Notes under the pieces: model-generated
What the model was told of the DNA's origin: nothing
Databases searched by the model: none
The model's input: the letters and a program-made list of their open reading frames with translations, nothing else
Shown here: piece after piece, positions 63,403 to 64,000 of the stretch
Position numbering within the stretch: the first letter of the stretch is position 1
How the letters are laid out: the number at the start of each line of letters is the position of its first letter
NCBI GenBank assembly: GCA_951406725.2
Contig: OX597830.1
Location: forward strand, 36,580,001 to 36,644,000
Source: Octopus vulgaris
Lineage: Eukaryota
Direction of reading: 5' to 3'
Length of the DNA stretch: 64,000 bases
Position numbers and translations under genes: made by a program

Positions 63403-64000
63403 TTATAAATTTAACCTTTAAAGGTATTTTTTGATATGCTGGCCATTGATGAAATTTTTTTCCCGAAAAAATTTTATCCTACATTAATTATATATATATA
63501 TATATATTTATATATGATGGGGATCTATTGATCTTTAAAAGATCCAGATTAAATCTTTCCCTATGCACAAAATATCGAGCTCTCTTATTCTTAGCAATAT
63601 GCCATAGGATGATTGGAAGTGGTAAATACTCAAGTTGTGGGCAATGTAGAGAGTGGATGTAATACCAGTAGTAATTGGTGTGCTTGGAAGTATCAGCACC
63701 CAACTACCAGCAGGGCTCAAAACGATTGGTACAAATGTAAAGATAAATCATTGCTTGGAACTGCAAGAGTTCACCTTAGTCTGTTGGCTCTGGACAGCTG
63801 ACTCTTACCACCATATCCAGCAACATAAACTGAGAGTTTTCATCACATAATGATAGTAAATAGTTTCAGTGATCATGATAAAATATGATGTATCAGATTC
63901 TAAATGACTTTTTCTAAGAAATAGTCTGTCAAAACAAAAAAAAAAAAAACAAACAAAAAAAACCATTTAGAAACTGATACATCTCATTTTGTCATCATCA

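Overview
AT-rich, microsatellite- and retroposon-dense metazoan genomic DNA. The SINE families and repeat style point to an octopus (coleoid cephalopod); this is inferred, not verified. Host genes on the + strand: (1) a single uninterrupted 6.2-kb ORF (9650-15853) carrying the diagnostic motifs of TALPID3/KIAA0586, normally a many-exon ciliogenesis gene; (2) three in-phase coding exons of a Lines/LINS1 homologue (41647-41961, 47849-47935, 50922-52056), which probably continues beyond the window. An intron-containing tRNA-Lys(TTT) at 6867-6958 is fused to a SINE/LINE-type 3' tail and looks like a retroposed pre-tRNA chimera. The rest is a mosaic of tRNA-derived SINEs, RLE- and RTE-type LINE fragments, hAT, Tc1/mariner/pogo, piggyBac, Merlin and Helitron non-autonomous elements, and two minisatellites. 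The most notable hidden structure is about 10 type-I hammerhead-ribozyme-like motifs (Penelope-type). One has an intact core and a long stem II (63084-63178). Several are arranged as inverted pairs that form 150-340 bp fold-back palindromes. Most ORFs in the supplied track are microsatellite or repeat artefacts. All identifications were made by eye, and repeat boundaries are approximate.
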